Shown in pieces: positions 1 through 9,797 of a DNA stretch of 64,000 nucleotides; within the stretch, counting starts at the first letter, position 1; every line of letters begins with the position of its first letter. The notes beneath the pieces are model-generated. The model had not been told where the DNA came from, made no database searches, and was given only the letters and a program-made list of their open reading frames with translations. The position numbers were made by a program, and so were the translations under genes. Where the stretch lies: IMG/VR virus record IMGVR_UViG_3300009158_000045, positions 9,121 through 73,120 of that record; one strand, 5' to 3'. The DNA is from a virus.

Positions 1-145
1 TAAAACAAAAGCAAGAGGTGCTTACTTTTTCCCAGGAGATCTAAACTATATTCATGGGGTAAATAAAGTAACAGAAGGAACAAGATATACATGCCCATTT
101 TTTTGGACAATCACAAAGCTAGGAACAGATAATGAGCAAAATTAA
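1..145 (+). CDS. C-terminal fragment of a 2OG-Fe(II) oxygenase (5' truncated by window edge)
   Basis: Frame 2 reads ...GAYFFPGDLNYIHGVNKVTEGTRYTCPFFWT...*, with the distal His and RxT of P4H-like oxygenases; not in the ORF track. Confidence 0.8.
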   Translation, partial: KTKARGAYFFPGDLNYIHGVNKVTEGTRYTCPFFWTITKLGTDNEQN

Positions 146-845
146 AAAACATAGATATGATGCATTTTCTGTCTTAGAATTTATGACGGAAGAAGAGTGT
201 AAAAAGGTAATAGCTTATCTAGAATTCCTAGCAGATTCTGGAAATTTAAAATGGAACCAGATTTCTTTTTACGAATCTTACGCTATGGGGTTTTGGGATA
301 CGGACATTAACCTGTTAGCATTTGGACTACCAGCAGATTATTTTAAAAATTTAAATGTAAGAATTAGAGAAAAGGTTGAAGAGTGCCTAGGATTTAAGGT
401 CTCTGAAATAAGCTATCATGCACAAAAGTGGATAGAGGGAGCCTTTGCCAGCTTCCATTCAGATAATTGTGATGAAGAAGGAAACCCAACGCCATTTGAA
501 AGAAGTAGATATGCGGCTTTTCTTTATCTAAATGAAGACTTTACTGGAGGTAAATTAAACTTTAAGCATTTTGATCTTTCAATAGAACCAAAGGTTGGAA
601 TGCTTGCAGTATTTGCAGGTGGATTTGGAATGGAACATGAAGTCGCAACAGTAAACAGCGGAACAAGATATACAATAGGTTCATTTTGGGATCGAGCAGA
701 TGCAGTCTACAGCGAGGAACAAAAAGAAGCTTGGGCTAAAGAGCTTGCAGAGATTAGAGCACTTCAAGATGACATGTATAAAGCTTGGGATAAAGGAAAA
801 GAAATAGGAAATATTCCTATATATAAAAGCAAAGAAGATCTATAA
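132..845 (+). CDS. 2OG-Fe(II) oxygenase, prolyl-4-hydroxylase-like
   Basis: HSD, YLNEDFTGGKL, HEV...GTRYT motifs. Confidence 0.9.
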   Translation: MSKIKKHRYDAFSVLEFMTEEECKKVIAYLEFLADSGNLKWNQISFYESYAMGFWDTDINLLAFGLPADYFKNLNVRIREKVEECLGFKVSEISYHAQKWIEGAFASFHSDNCDEEGNPTPFERSRYAAFLYLNEDFTGGKLNFKHFDLSIEPKVGMLAVFAGGFGMEHEVATVNSGTRYTIGSFWDRADAVYSEEQKEAWAKELAEIRALQDDMYKAWDKGKEIGNIPIYKSKEDL

Positions 846-1465
846 TGAATCACGAAGTACTTGAAAAAAGAATTATCTTGTACAAAAATTTAATAGAAAA
901 TCCTGTTGCATTTATTCAAGAAATTGAAGACCTCGACATCTTATTACAAGAAAATTCACAAATATCAAAATGGAAAACTTGGTACTCAAGCGATGAAAAT
1001 CCCACTCCTTACGGAGTTTGGAAAAATGGCATAGAGCACAATTTTTTAAACGAGACAGATATTGATATAAGATGCTCTTCTATAGTAAATGTTTTAAAAA
1101 ATTCAATAGATTCTTGCGTAGACCACTATTCTAAATTATTAAACATTGAACCTGGAGGAAGGTCACCAGAGTTTAATATAAAAAAATATAACCAGAAACA
1201 ATCAATGGGAGCACACATAGATTATCAAGAAGATCCCGATAAGCCACAGTCTACTATATCTATTGTTTTTTATTTAAACGATGACTATGAGGGTGGGGAA
1301 ATTGGTTTTCCAAATCATGGTATTAAAATAAAACCAGAGGCAGGTAGTTTAATTATATTCCCATCGACAGCACCATATTATCACGAATCTCATGTTCTGC
1401 TATCTGGTAACAAATATATGACACTAGCATTTTATTTTAAAGACAAGGAGCTATCATGGATATAA
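845..1465 (+). CDS. 2OG-Fe(II) oxygenase, prolyl-4-hydroxylase-like
   Basis: MGAHID, YLNDDYEGGEI, HES...GNKY motifs. Confidence 0.9.
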   Translation: MNHEVLEKRIILYKNLIENPVAFIQEIEDLDILLQENSQISKWKTWYSSDENPTPYGVWKNGIEHNFLNETDIDIRCSSIVNVLKNSIDSCVDHYSKLLNIEPGGRSPEFNIKKYNQKQSMGAHIDYQEDPDKPQSTISIVFYLNDDYEGGEIGFPNHGIKIKPEAGSLIIFPSTAPYYHESHVLLSGNKYMTLAFYFKDKELSWI

Positions 1466-2091
1466 TCAAGATGCCACATAACATTTACTATATTAAAAAT
1501 GTTATAGAAAATCCTAAAGAAATTATAAAAATTATTGAAAGTACAAACTCTTCATTAAACTCCAATACCATTCTTTCTCCATGGCATGGATGGGGAGGTA
1601 CATATTTAAATGAAGATGCAGAAGATAAAACTTTATATGAAACAGACCCCAAGAGCATTGGGTCTCAAAAAACAAAAAATAAAAAATGGGAAAAAGCTCA
1701 AAATGAAGAAGACGAAAAATGTATAGAGGTTGTTAGGATAATTGAGAACGCTTTAGAAAGTGCTACTAAATACTATTGCAAAGAAAATAATCTAAAACAC
1801 ACCTTTAGATTTTCTCCACTTACAATTTCTAAATATAATCAGCACGGAGGAATGGGCACACACGTAGACTCAGACAGCGATTTTAATAAATCAGCGTCTG
1901 CAATAATATATTTAAATGATGAGTATGAGGGCGGAGAAGTTGTATTTGATAGCTTTGAAATTTCTTTGAAGCCCGAAGCTGGTAGTATACTCATGTTTCC
2001 TTCACATACCCCATACGAGCACACAGTAAAAGCAATAAAGTCTGGTCATAAATACATGTGTAGCTTTGTGTATTTAGTTGAAGATCTTTAA
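1456..2091 (+). CDS. 2OG-Fe(II) oxygenase, prolyl-4-hydroxylase-like
   Basis: MGTHVD, YLNDEYEGGEV, HTV...GHKY motifs. Confidence 0.9.
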   Translation: MDIIKMPHNIYYIKNVIENPKEIIKIIESTNSSLNSNTILSPWHGWGGTYLNEDAEDKTLYETDPKSIGSQKTKNKKWEKAQNEEDEKCIEVVRIIENALESATKYYCKENNLKHTFRFSPLTISKYNQHGGMGTHVDSDSDFNKSASAIIYLNDEYEGGEVVFDSFEISLKPEAGSILMFPSHTPYEHTVKAIKSGHKYMCSFVYLVEDL

Positions 2092-2096
2092 TAGGG

Positions 2097-2102
2097 TATA
2101 AT
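2097..2102 (+). promoter_or_regulatory. -10 element (TATAAT) 6 nt upstream of ATG 2109; likely leaderless promoter
   Basis: gggTATAATaaaaatATG; no SD. Confidence 0.65.
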
Positions 2103-2108
2103 AAAAAT

Positions 2109-3845
2109 ATGTCCTACTCTATGAATGTCATGAACGATAATCCAATTGGCTACTGGCCATTGGATGAAACTTCAGGCACCATTGCTTACGACAGCTCGGG
2201 GTGTGGCAATAACGGATCCTATCCGTCGAATAATGTATTTTCTAAAATTTTGCCTATGTGTCCTGGCGGCTTGTATTCAACTCTTATTAACACAGTAAAT
2301 TATTTAACACTTCCGATAACAAAAAATTATATAGGATCAACGGAAAAGGGCGGTCTTGCAACAAAGTATTATTCAGATAATGATTTTTCAATAGAAATTT
2401 TATTTAAGTCATATATATCAACTTCAAGCGCAACCCCAATATTTGCGGACAATACAAATAAAATAGGTATATATTGGGAAAACGGATCAATATTGTTTTC
2501 TTTGCAAGATGTAAAGCTTTACTGCACACCTAAAAATATAAAAAAATCAATGCATTTGGTAGTAACTTATTCGCAGCAGGTTATATGTATTTACGTTGAC
2601 GGCACTCTTCTTGCATCAAAAATACTAGATAGTTTTGTATTTACAAATACATCCTTATCCTTTTCTTCTGGCCCAAGTCTCAATGCCTCAGATTCATTTT
2701 TAATAGATGCCCCAGCAGTTTATAGATATGCCCTTTCTCAAGAAAGCATACTCAGTCATTTTAATTCATTAAACACTATCTCTCCAATACAGGTTGTCAG
2801 TCCAGATGGAGGCACACTATTTATGCCAGATATAAATGATTTAAAGGAAGTATTTGAATACGGATACCCTAAAAACAAAAATTTATATGATTTTATAAAT
2901 TCTAGCTTGCAGTATAATCAAGTTGAAAAATCCTTGCAGATGGCACAAGAGTCAGTCGGGCAGTCTAAAGATATAGAAATATATGACTACATTGTTATCC
3001 CATTAACACATTTAAATCAAATGCCAGTTCTTTCAAAAGTTGAATGGTCTGGTGAAAACGGTATTTTTGTTTATACAAGCCTAGATAATATTAACTGGTC
3101 TCAGTGTACAAATGGCAAAGAGATACCTCAATATAATTCAACCTCATTGGATTTAAGTGGAGTCTTATATATTAAAATAGTATTTAGTAGCTTTGACACA
3201 TCAAAATTTTTGCCTAAATTGGAATATTTTAATTTATCTATTTACAACGGAAGCTCATTGCCTTCTTATAATTTTGGAGACAAGATATCTAAAATTAATC
3301 AGGTGTATAGCGTAGGAACCAAAGTATATAATATTCTTTCCCACAACTATTACAATGGATTAAGAACTCAGGCATCAAGCGGATTTAAAATAGAAAACTC
3401 TAAATCAATAAGGTCTATAGAATTCTTTTATACACCAACTTCAAATGGAGCTAGTCAGTTAATATCTAATGCCTCTGCAGGGTTATCTTGGAATACGGGC
3501 GGGACGGTATCAAAAAACAATATTGCCTCTGTATACATCAACGGAATAGATAGATCTTCAATAACTACGGCTTCGACGCTTTTTTCTAATTTAAATCAAA
3601 TTCATTATATAGTCATAAATTTTGCATCCCCGATATCAGGAGATATCAGCATTGGAGCTGGCCCAGAGGCCCTGTATTCTAATATAGCCTTATACGAATA
3701 CCCCCTTACTCAGGCCTATGTATCAACTCATTACAACCTATATACCTCTTTCCCGTCCAGCCTAGCAGACCCAGAGGTATTGTCTATTTCAGAATCTGGC
3801 ACAAAGGTGTTCAATAATACCTGGGAGATAATACAAAGCAGATAG
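2109..3845 (+). CDS. LamG/ConA-like domain protein, probably virion-associated
   Basis: PIGYWPLDETSGTIAYDSSG, HLVVTY...IYVDG, AVYRYALS LamG-type signatures. Confidence 0.75.
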   Translation: MSYSMNVMNDNPIGYWPLDETSGTIAYDSSGCGNNGSYPSNNVFSKILPMCPGGLYSTLINTVNYLTLPITKNYIGSTEKGGLATKYYSDNDFSIEILFKSYISTSSATPIFADNTNKIGIYWENGSILFSLQDVKLYCTPKNIKKSMHLVVTYSQQVICIYVDGTLLASKILDSFVFTNTSLSFSSGPSLNASDSFLIDAPAVYRYALSQESILSHFNSLNTISPIQVVSPDGGTLFMPDINDLKEVFEYGYPKNKNLYDFINSSLQYNQVEKSLQMAQESVGQSKDIEIYDYIVIPLTHLNQMPVLSKVEWSGENGIFVYTSLDNINWSQCTNGKEIPQYNSTSLDLSGVLYIKIVFSSFDTSKFLPKLEYFNLSIYNGSSLPSYNFGDKISKINQVYSVGTKVYNILSHNYYNGLRTQASSGFKIENSKSIRSIEFFYTPTSNGASQLISNASAGLSWNTGGTVSKNNIASVYINGIDRSSITTASTLFSNLNQIHYIVINFASPISGDISIGAGPEALYSNIALYEYPLTQAYVSTHYNLYTSFPSSLADPEVLSISESGTKVFNNTWEIIQSR

Positions 3846-3892
3846 CTTTTAGACAAAAACTCTTTTTTTTGTCACAAGTCTGGACATTTTCC

Positions 3893-3921
3893 TGGACTTT
3901 AATATCAAAGAATGGTAGAAT
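3893..3921 (+). promoter_or_regulatory. sigma70-type promoter for the portal operon
   Basis: TGGACT-N17-TAGAAT with extended TG; ATG at 3930 lies 8 nt downstream. Confidence 0.6.
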
Positions 3922-3929
3922 TGAGATCT

Positions 3930-4268
3930 ATGGAAATATTAAATCAAAAGTCGCAAATCATTGAAGAAACCAGATTGGGTATATACGTCTGGGAAATGCC
4001 AGACGGCAGATGGATTGGCGACGATGACGGAAACTTTTTATCTGTAACTTCAATGAAAGGCAATAAATCAAGAATGGATGCCTTGGCAAGAGAAGTTCGG
4101 TCTTATGGTATTTACGAAGGCTCACCTAAATTTTTATCTGGCCGAAGAAAAATTGATGACGAAGAATTTGAACATCAAAATGAAAGATTAAAGTGGGGAT
4201 TAATTCCCGACCAACTTGATATTGGAAACTATAAAGATGGAGCTTTGAGAGGCGGGAAAGTTAAATGA
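3930..4268 (+). CDS. hypothetical phage protein upstream of portal
   Basis: ORF overlaps the portal start (ATGA); start moved to 3930 because 3912 lies inside the promoter. Confidence 0.7.
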   Translation: MEILNQKSQIIEETRLGIYVWEMPDGRWIGDDDGNFLSVTSMKGNKSRMDALAREVRSYGIYEGSPKFLSGRRKIDDEEFEHQNERLKWGLIPDQLDIGNYKDGALRGGKVK

Positions 4269-5851
4269 CAGCACAGTTTATAGAAGATGAGTCTGGCGAT
4301 TCAACAACGATAGACATATCAAATACATCAGACTGGTTTTCTTTTAAAAAAGAAAAAGACCAGATAGACCCGTTTAATATAGGTTTGGACGAACTCAAAA
4401 AAATTAGAGGTTTAGGCCAATCGTTTAAAAGAAAAATAAATAGAGATTTTACAAAATCTTTTGTAGGTGTTGACGGAGCACAGACGCAGCAAAATTTGTT
4501 ACAACAAGCAATTAGTGGATATGCCCTATTTGACCTAGTTCAACCAGTATATAATCAAGAATATCTATCTCAAATCTACGAAGTATCAACATATAACTAT
4601 GCAGCAATTAATGCTAAAGTTTCTAATATTGTTGGCCTAGGATATACTTTTACTGAAACGCCTAGAGCAAAAGATTCATTGGATCAGATTACAGATCAAA
4701 AGCAACTTGATAGGGCAAGAAGTAAAATAAATAGAATTAAAACAAATCTTGAATCTTGGCTGGATAACTGCAATCAAGAGGAAACTTTCACAGAGACTCT
4801 TATAAAGGCCTACACAGACCTTGAGGCAACTGGAAACGGATACATTGAGGTTGGACGTACAACAGGTGGAGACATAGGCTACATCGGCCACATACCAGCA
4901 AAAACAATGCGTGTGCGTAGACTTCGTGACGGCTTTATTCAATTGCTTTATGGCAAGGCTGTATTTTTTAGAAATTTTGGCGACACCGAAACTACTAATC
5001 CAATAGCAGGCCAAGAGGATCGACCAAACGAAATTATTCATTTAAAGAAATACACTCCTATGAATAATTATTACGGTGTCCCAGATATTATTGCTGCTCA
5101 GCAAGCTTTAGCAGGAAATGAATTTGCTGGTAGATACAACTTAGACTATTTTGAAAATAAAGCGGTTCCAAGATACATTATTACAGTAAAGGGAGCTAAG
5201 CTATCCACAGAGTCAGAAAGAAAATTACTTGAGTTTTTTCAAGTTGGATTAAAAGGTAAAAATCATAGATCTCTATATATCCCCTTGCCAGCAGATACTC
5301 CTGACTCAAAAACAGAATTTAAGATGGAGCCAGTCGAAGCTGGTAGTCAAGAAGGCTCGTTTGAGAAGTATCGTAAAACTAATAGAGACGAAATCCTACT
5401 TGCACATCGTGTCCCAATTAATAAAATAGGAACTCCAGAAGGTGTAAATTTAGCAGTTGCTCGTGATGCAGATAAGACGTTTAAAGAGCAGGTATGTAGA
5501 CCAGCGCAAGATAGATTAGAAAAGAAGTTGAATTATTTAATTGCAGAAAAAACAGATGTTGTGGAATTAAAATTTAATGAGCTAAGCCTTACAGATGAAA
5601 TCACACAAAGCCAAATAGATGAGATCTATTTAAGAATGCAAGTTATCACTCCAAATGAAGTAAGAATTAGAAAAAATATGATTCCTATAGATGGCGGAGA
5701 TGAAGTCGTAGAATTAAAGCCACAGCAGGCTGCAGACCAGCAAGCCAAATCAACTGGAAATAAAACCAGAGATCAAGAAAGAGCGTCCAATTCCCCAGAT
5801 AAAAACGGAGAAGGAAGAAATGCTAAGGGCGATGGTCCAAAAGTCAAATAA
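4265..5851 (+). CDS. portal protein
   Basis: DLEATGNGYIE, EIIHLK...YYGVPD, YFENKAVP, ITPNEVR motifs of HK97/PBSX-type portals; position before protease and capsid genes. Confidence 0.92.
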   Translation: MTAQFIEDESGDSTTIDISNTSDWFSFKKEKDQIDPFNIGLDELKKIRGLGQSFKRKINRDFTKSFVGVDGAQTQQNLLQQAISGYALFDLVQPVYNQEYLSQIYEVSTYNYAAINAKVSNIVGLGYTFTETPRAKDSLDQITDQKQLDRARSKINRIKTNLESWLDNCNQEETFTETLIKAYTDLEATGNGYIEVGRTTGGDIGYIGHIPAKTMRVRRLRDGFIQLLYGKAVFFRNFGDTETTNPIAGQEDRPNEIIHLKKYTPMNNYYGVPDIIAAQQALAGNEFAGRYNLDYFENKAVPRYIITVKGAKLSTESERKLLEFFQVGLKGKNHRSLYIPLPADTPDSKTEFKMEPVEAGSQEGSFEKYRKTNRDEILLAHRVPINKIGTPEGVNLAVARDADKTFKEQVCRPAQDRLEKKLNYLIAEKTDVVELKFNELSLTDEITQSQIDEIYLRMQVITPNEVRIRKNMIPIDGGDEVVELKPQQAADQQAKSTGNKTRDQERASNSPDKNGEGRNAKGDGPKVK

Positions 5852-5868
5852 GTTTAATCAACTGCTAT

Positions 5869-5897
5869 TTGCGTTAGAGCAAATAACCCTATAAAAT
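5869..5897 (+). promoter_or_regulatory. sigma70-type promoter, leaderless for the protease gene
   Basis: TTGCGT-N17-TAAAAT, ATG 7 nt later. Confidence 0.6.
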
Positions 5898-5904
5898 TAA
5901 GCAT

Positions 5905-7227
5905 ATGAACATTGAAAAGGCCGTGTGGTCTACCAGCGGTGACACCCTACATCTATCTGTTCCGTTTACAAAGGTCAACAGAGAGAACAGAACCGTATCT
6001 GGTTTTGCTACCCTAGATAACGTTGATCAAACAGGAGACGTTGTAACTGCTGAAGCAAGCGTTAAGGCATTTGAAAATTTTAGAGGAAACCTTCGTGAGA
6101 TGCATCAGCCTCTTGCGGTTGGTAAGGTTGTTTCGTTTAAGCCTGAGACTTACTATGATCAAAAATCAAAAGAATTTTATAATGGAGTTTATGTAACATC
6201 ATATATTTCAAAGGGTGCACAAGACACTTGGGAAAAGGTTTTGGATGGCACTCTTTCTGGTTTTTCAATCGGCGGAAAGATTAAAGATTCTGACAATGAA
6301 GTTAATAAGTCAACAGGACAGCAAGTTAGATTTATTAAAGAATATGATTTAGTTGAGTTATCAATAGTAGATTCACCAGCAAATGAGTTATGTAATATTT
6401 TATCAATTGAAAAAGTTGGCGGTAAAATGATTTATAAGGGCATGGCGGCAGATGTTATAACAGAAAATATTTTTTATTGTGAAGAAAGTGATTCTGTATT
6501 TATGTCAACAGAAAAAACTTTTGACTCACCAGTAACTGGAAAATCTACAACTTTAATTGGCTGGGTTGAAAGTTCAGATATAAACAAATCAAAAGAAATA
6601 GATAAGATTCTTGCTTCATTTAAGAAGTCAAGATTACCGTTGCCTGAAATACAAATAGCAAAACAGGCAAACGTAGAAGGAGGTAATGAGATGTCAGACG
6701 TACAAAACGATGTAGTTGTAGAAACTCCAGTAGAAGATACAACTATTGAAAAGTCTGTCGATGTTGTAGAAGCAGCCCCTGCAGAAGATGCAGTTGTTGA
6801 AGAAGCAGCAGAAGAAACAGCTCCTGCCGACTCCGTTGAAAAAGCAGCCGAAACATTAGAAGTCACGGTTGATGAACCTGATTTTGCAAAAATGTTAGGC
6901 GATTTAAAAGGCTTTTTCGCAGAGACTCTCACAAAGGCTACAGAGGCAAATGCAATGCAAGTAACAGAAATTAAGACTTCTGTCGAGGCGTTTAGCAAGA
7001 ATGTCGATGCTAGAATTTCTGAGTTGGCAGAAAAACACAGCGCACTTAGTGCTGCTGTAACTGAAATAAAGGGCACCATTGATGGTGTTCAGAAGCGGGT
7101 AGATGCCGTAGAAGGCGATACCGCTATTAAGAAGTCCTTTGATCTTGGCGGATCACAGGAATCAGCAAGATCAAAATCAAAATGGAACGGTTCTTTCCTC
7201 GGTTCCGTAAATGAAATCTTTAACTAA
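5905..7227 (+). CDS. HK97-family prohead protease fused to a C-terminal scaffold region
   Basis: REMH, GFSIGG, ELSIVDSPAN protease motifs followed by an acidic, coiled-coil C-terminus. Confidence 0.9.
   Translation: MNIEKAVWSTSGDTLHLSVPFTKVNRENRTVSGFATLDNVDQTGDVVTAEASVKAFENFRGNLREMHQPLAVGKVVSFKPETYYDQKSKEFYNGVYVTSYISKGAQDTWEKVLDGTLSGFSIGGKIKDSDNEVNKSTGQQVRFIKEYDLVELSIVDSPANELCNILSIEKVGGKMIYKGMAADVITENIFYCEESDSVFMSTEKTFDSPVTGKSTTLIGWVESSDINKSKEIDKILASFKKSRLPLPEIQIAKQANVEGGNEMSDVQNDVVVETPVEDTTIEKSVDVVEAAPAEDAVVEEAAEETAPADSVEKAAETLEVTVDEPDFAKMLGDLKGFFAETLTKATEANAMQVTEIKTSVEAFSKNVDARISELAEKHSALSAAVTEIKGTIDGVQKRVDAVEGDTAIKKSFDLGGSQESARSKSKWNGSFLGSVNEIFN
6691..7227 (+). CDS. nested in-frame scaffold protein (internal start)
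   Basis: AAGGAGGT at 6677-6684, 6 nt before in-frame ATG 6691; composition turns acidic/helical from here. Confidence 0.65.
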   Translation: MSDVQNDVVVETPVEDTTIEKSVDVVEAAPAEDAVVEEAAEETAPADSVEKAAETLEVTVDEPDFAKMLGDLKGFFAETLTKATEANAMQVTEIKTSVEAFSKNVDARISELAEKHSALSAAVTEIKGTIDGVQKRVDAVEGDTAIKKSFDLGGSQESARSKSKWNGSFLGSVNEIFN

Positions 7228-7247
7228 ATAGGGTAGGTGAAATAAAA

Positions 7248-8297
7248 ATGAGTAATGAATTATTAGAAAAGGCCGCAGCAGCTGGTACACAGGTATCAAC
7301 TGGGTTCGGTTCTTCAACAGGTGGTTCAGGCGTTCACGTTGCTTCAGAAAATGGCAACGGTGGACTTCTAAACCCAGAACAATCAGCAAGATTCTTGGAC
7401 TATATGTTCGATGCTACCGTAATTGGTAAAGTTGCACGTACGGTTCGAATGAAAGCAGATACAACAGAGATTGATCGTATGTCAATTGGTGAGAAGCTTG
7501 TTAAGCTTGCAACCGAAGCAGACAACACAGGTGTTAACTCACCAGTCACATTCTCAAAAATTTCTTTGACAACAAAGAAGCTTCGCATGGATTGGGAACT
7601 TTCAACAGAGTCTCTAGAAGACAATATTGAAGGTGCTGATCTCGAAGATCACATTGCACGTATGATGGCAACACAGGCAGGAAATGACATTGAAGATGTT
7701 ATTCTTAACGGTGATACATCACTAACAGGAGATGCTCTTTATAAGTCATTCGATGGCGCAGTAAAGAAGGCAAAAGCAAATGGCCACGTCGTAGACGCAG
7801 CTGGTGCTGGAATCTCTCGTGCAGTATTCAACAGTGCCCTCAAGGCACTACCACGTAAGTACAAGCAACGTCGTACAGACCTTCGCTTCCTTTCAGGATC
7901 AAACTTGATTCAGGATTACTTGTACTCAACATCACAAAACATTCAGAACGTTAACCCACAAGATATTGCTTCTGGCATTATCCGTGGCGATGTTCCTGTT
8001 CTAGGTGGACCAGCAGGATATGTAGCTCCATACGCATTTGGTATTCCAATCGTTGAAGTTCCACTTCTTCCTGAGACACAGACAGGCTCATACTCAGCAG
8101 CATCAGGTTCACACGGAGATATCCACTTGACATTCCCAAATAACGTAGTTATTGGTATCAAGCGTGATGTAACTGTTTACCGATTCTTCTGGCCACGTAA
8201 GGACTCAATTGAGTACACAATGTATACTCGTGTTGGTGTCCAGATCGAGCAGGCAGACGCTTGGGTAGTTGTTAAGAACGTTAAGGTTGCTTCTTAA
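7248..8297 (+). CDS. major capsid protein (HK97 fold)
   Basis: GGLLNPEQSARFLD, ESLEDNIEG, EDVILNGD; 349 aa; strongly biased codon use; followed by a terminator. Confidence 0.92.
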   Translation: MSNELLEKAAAAGTQVSTGFGSSTGGSGVHVASENGNGGLLNPEQSARFLDYMFDATVIGKVARTVRMKADTTEIDRMSIGEKLVKLATEADNTGVNSPVTFSKISLTTKKLRMDWELSTESLEDNIEGADLEDHIARMMATQAGNDIEDVILNGDTSLTGDALYKSFDGAVKKAKANGHVVDAAGAGISRAVFNSALKALPRKYKQRRTDLRFLSGSNLIQDYLYSTSQNIQNVNPQDIASGIIRGDVPVLGGPAGYVAPYAFGIPIVEVPLLPETQTGSYSAASGSHGDIHLTFPNNVVIGIKRDVTVYRFFWPRKDSIEYTMYTRVGVQIEQADAWVVVKNVKVAS

Positions 8298-8317
8298 TTT
8301 AAGAAATAGACCAGCTA

Positions 8318-8357
8318 GAAAAGTCCCCCATATTAATTTATGGGGGCTTTTCATTTT
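8318..8357 (+). terminator. intrinsic terminator after capsid gene
   Basis: GAAAAGtCCCCCATA / TATGGGGGCTTTTC stem then T-rich tail. Confidence 0.85.
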
Positions 8358-8367
8358 AATTTTCTAA

Positions 8368-8376
8368 TGCTATAAT
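8368..8376 (+). promoter_or_regulatory. extended -10 promoter
   Basis: TGcTATAAT just after the terminator; AGGAG RBS follows. Confidence 0.6.
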
Positions 8377-8406
8377 GGTTTTACCTAGATAAAAGGAGAA
8401 TAAAAT

Positions 8407-8799
8407 ATGTCATTTGACACATTAAAGGTAGCCGAATTAAAAGAAATTGCAGAAGAGTTTGCAGTAGATACAGACGGCTTGAAAAATAAAAAAGATATAG
8501 TTGCAGCTCTAGCAGAAGAAGGTGTTAGCTGGTCAATTTATCAAAAAACAAAACAAGATGTACTTGATGCAGTAGAAGAAATTGAAATTTTGCCAAAGTT
8601 CGATCCCTCACAACAGCCAGAAGATTCAATATTAGTACGAATGACAAGAGCTAACATGAGATACGATATTCTTGGCAATACATTTACAAAAGAACATCCG
8701 TTTGTTGCAATGCAAGAAGAAGACGCTCAAAAAATTTTTGATACAGAGGAGGGTTTTCGTTTAGCGACACCAAAAGAAGTTCAAGAGTTTTATAGCTAA
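8407..8799 (+). CDS. hypothetical protein with N-terminal HeH/Rho-N-like motif
   Basis: LKVAELKEIAEEF...LKNKKDIVAAL. Confidence 0.6.
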   Translation: MSFDTLKVAELKEIAEEFAVDTDGLKNKKDIVAALAEEGVSWSIYQKTKQDVLDAVEEIEILPKFDPSQQPEDSILVRMTRANMRYDILGNTFTKEHPFVAMQEEDAQKIFDTEEGFRLATPKEVQEFYS

Positions 8800-8815
8800 A
8801 CGCAAACATTAATTA

Positions 8816-9796
8816 ATGGAAATATTAGTTGGATTAAGCGCACCATTAAAACATAAAGTTATTTTTGGCGGGGAGTCAATTGACCCAGACGGCTTAGTTG
8901 CTGTAGACATTTATTATGTAGAAAAAGATCCAATTGAGCAGACCCTTACACGTGTACTTCAAGCAACATTTAATGCTTTGAAAATAGAAACAGATGTAGG
9001 GGCATATGAAGTTACATTGCCTCATTACCTTGTAAATACTCAAAGGCAAATTGAGGCTGCTTGGAAGTATAGGATTAATGGTCAGGATATTGTAAAGCAG
9101 CAGCAAATATTTGTTACACAGCCATATGTTGATTTAATTGAAGTTCTTGAAGAGCTTGAATTGGGCTGGGACTATAATGATGAAAATAATAAAACTTTAA
9201 ATGAACTACAGCTTGCAGAAAGATATGCAAGAAAAATGATCGAGTCTCAGACAGGACAAAGTTTTAATTCCTACCATGACAGCTATGTCATGTATGGAGA
9301 TAACTCAGACATTATGCCTTCTCCAATGAGAGTCGTTGAATTAAAAGAAATCTATATTAATGATGTGCTATCTTATAGCACCTACACTGGACAGCAAATG
9401 AATGCACTTAGCGTTCTTCCAAAAATATCGGAGACTAAATTTGGAATAAAAATAGATAGAGGTGCTTATTTAGATCAGACTGTTTATGTTGCAAATGGTC
9501 TTGTGCCACCAATGATTAATGAAGTCGGCCTTGGCTTTTTTAGAAAAGATACCAGGTATGTAATACAAGCAGTTTTTGGTTGGGAGAATGTTCCTAATAA
9601 TATACAGGTCGCTTGCGTAGAATTAATGAAAGATTATTTTTCTAAAGATAAAGTGTGGAGAAATAAATACATAAAAAATATTACTACTTTTGACTGGCAG
9701 TTCGAGTACAACAGCTCAACATTTTCTGGTACTGGTAATAACTATGTAGACCAATTGCTATTGCCTTATACAATAAACAAAATGGTTTTGATATAA
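8816..9796 (+). CDS. head-tail adaptor
   Basis: ARKMIESQTGQSF, GWENVPNNIQVACVELM, VDQLLLPY; synteny after capsid. Confidence 0.75.
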   Translation: MEILVGLSAPLKHKVIFGGESIDPDGLVAVDIYYVEKDPIEQTLTRVLQATFNALKIETDVGAYEVTLPHYLVNTQRQIEAAWKYRINGQDIVKQQQIFVTQPYVDLIEVLEELELGWDYNDENNKTLNELQLAERYARKMIESQTGQSFNSYHDSYVMYGDNSDIMPSPMRVVELKEIYINDVLSYSTYTGQQMNALSVLPKISETKFGIKIDRGAYLDQTVYVANGLVPPMINEVGLGFFRKDTRYVIQAVFGWENVPNNIQVACVELMKDYFSKDKVWRNKYIKNITTFDWQFEYNSSTFSGTGNNYVDQLLLPYTINKMVLI

Positions 9797-9797
9797 A

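Noticed and set aside
3851-3898. Weak hairpin GACAAAAA/TTTTTGTC and a short CTGGAC direct repeat
   Set aside because: AT-rich and short enough to arise by chance; the second copy is the -35 of a promoter.
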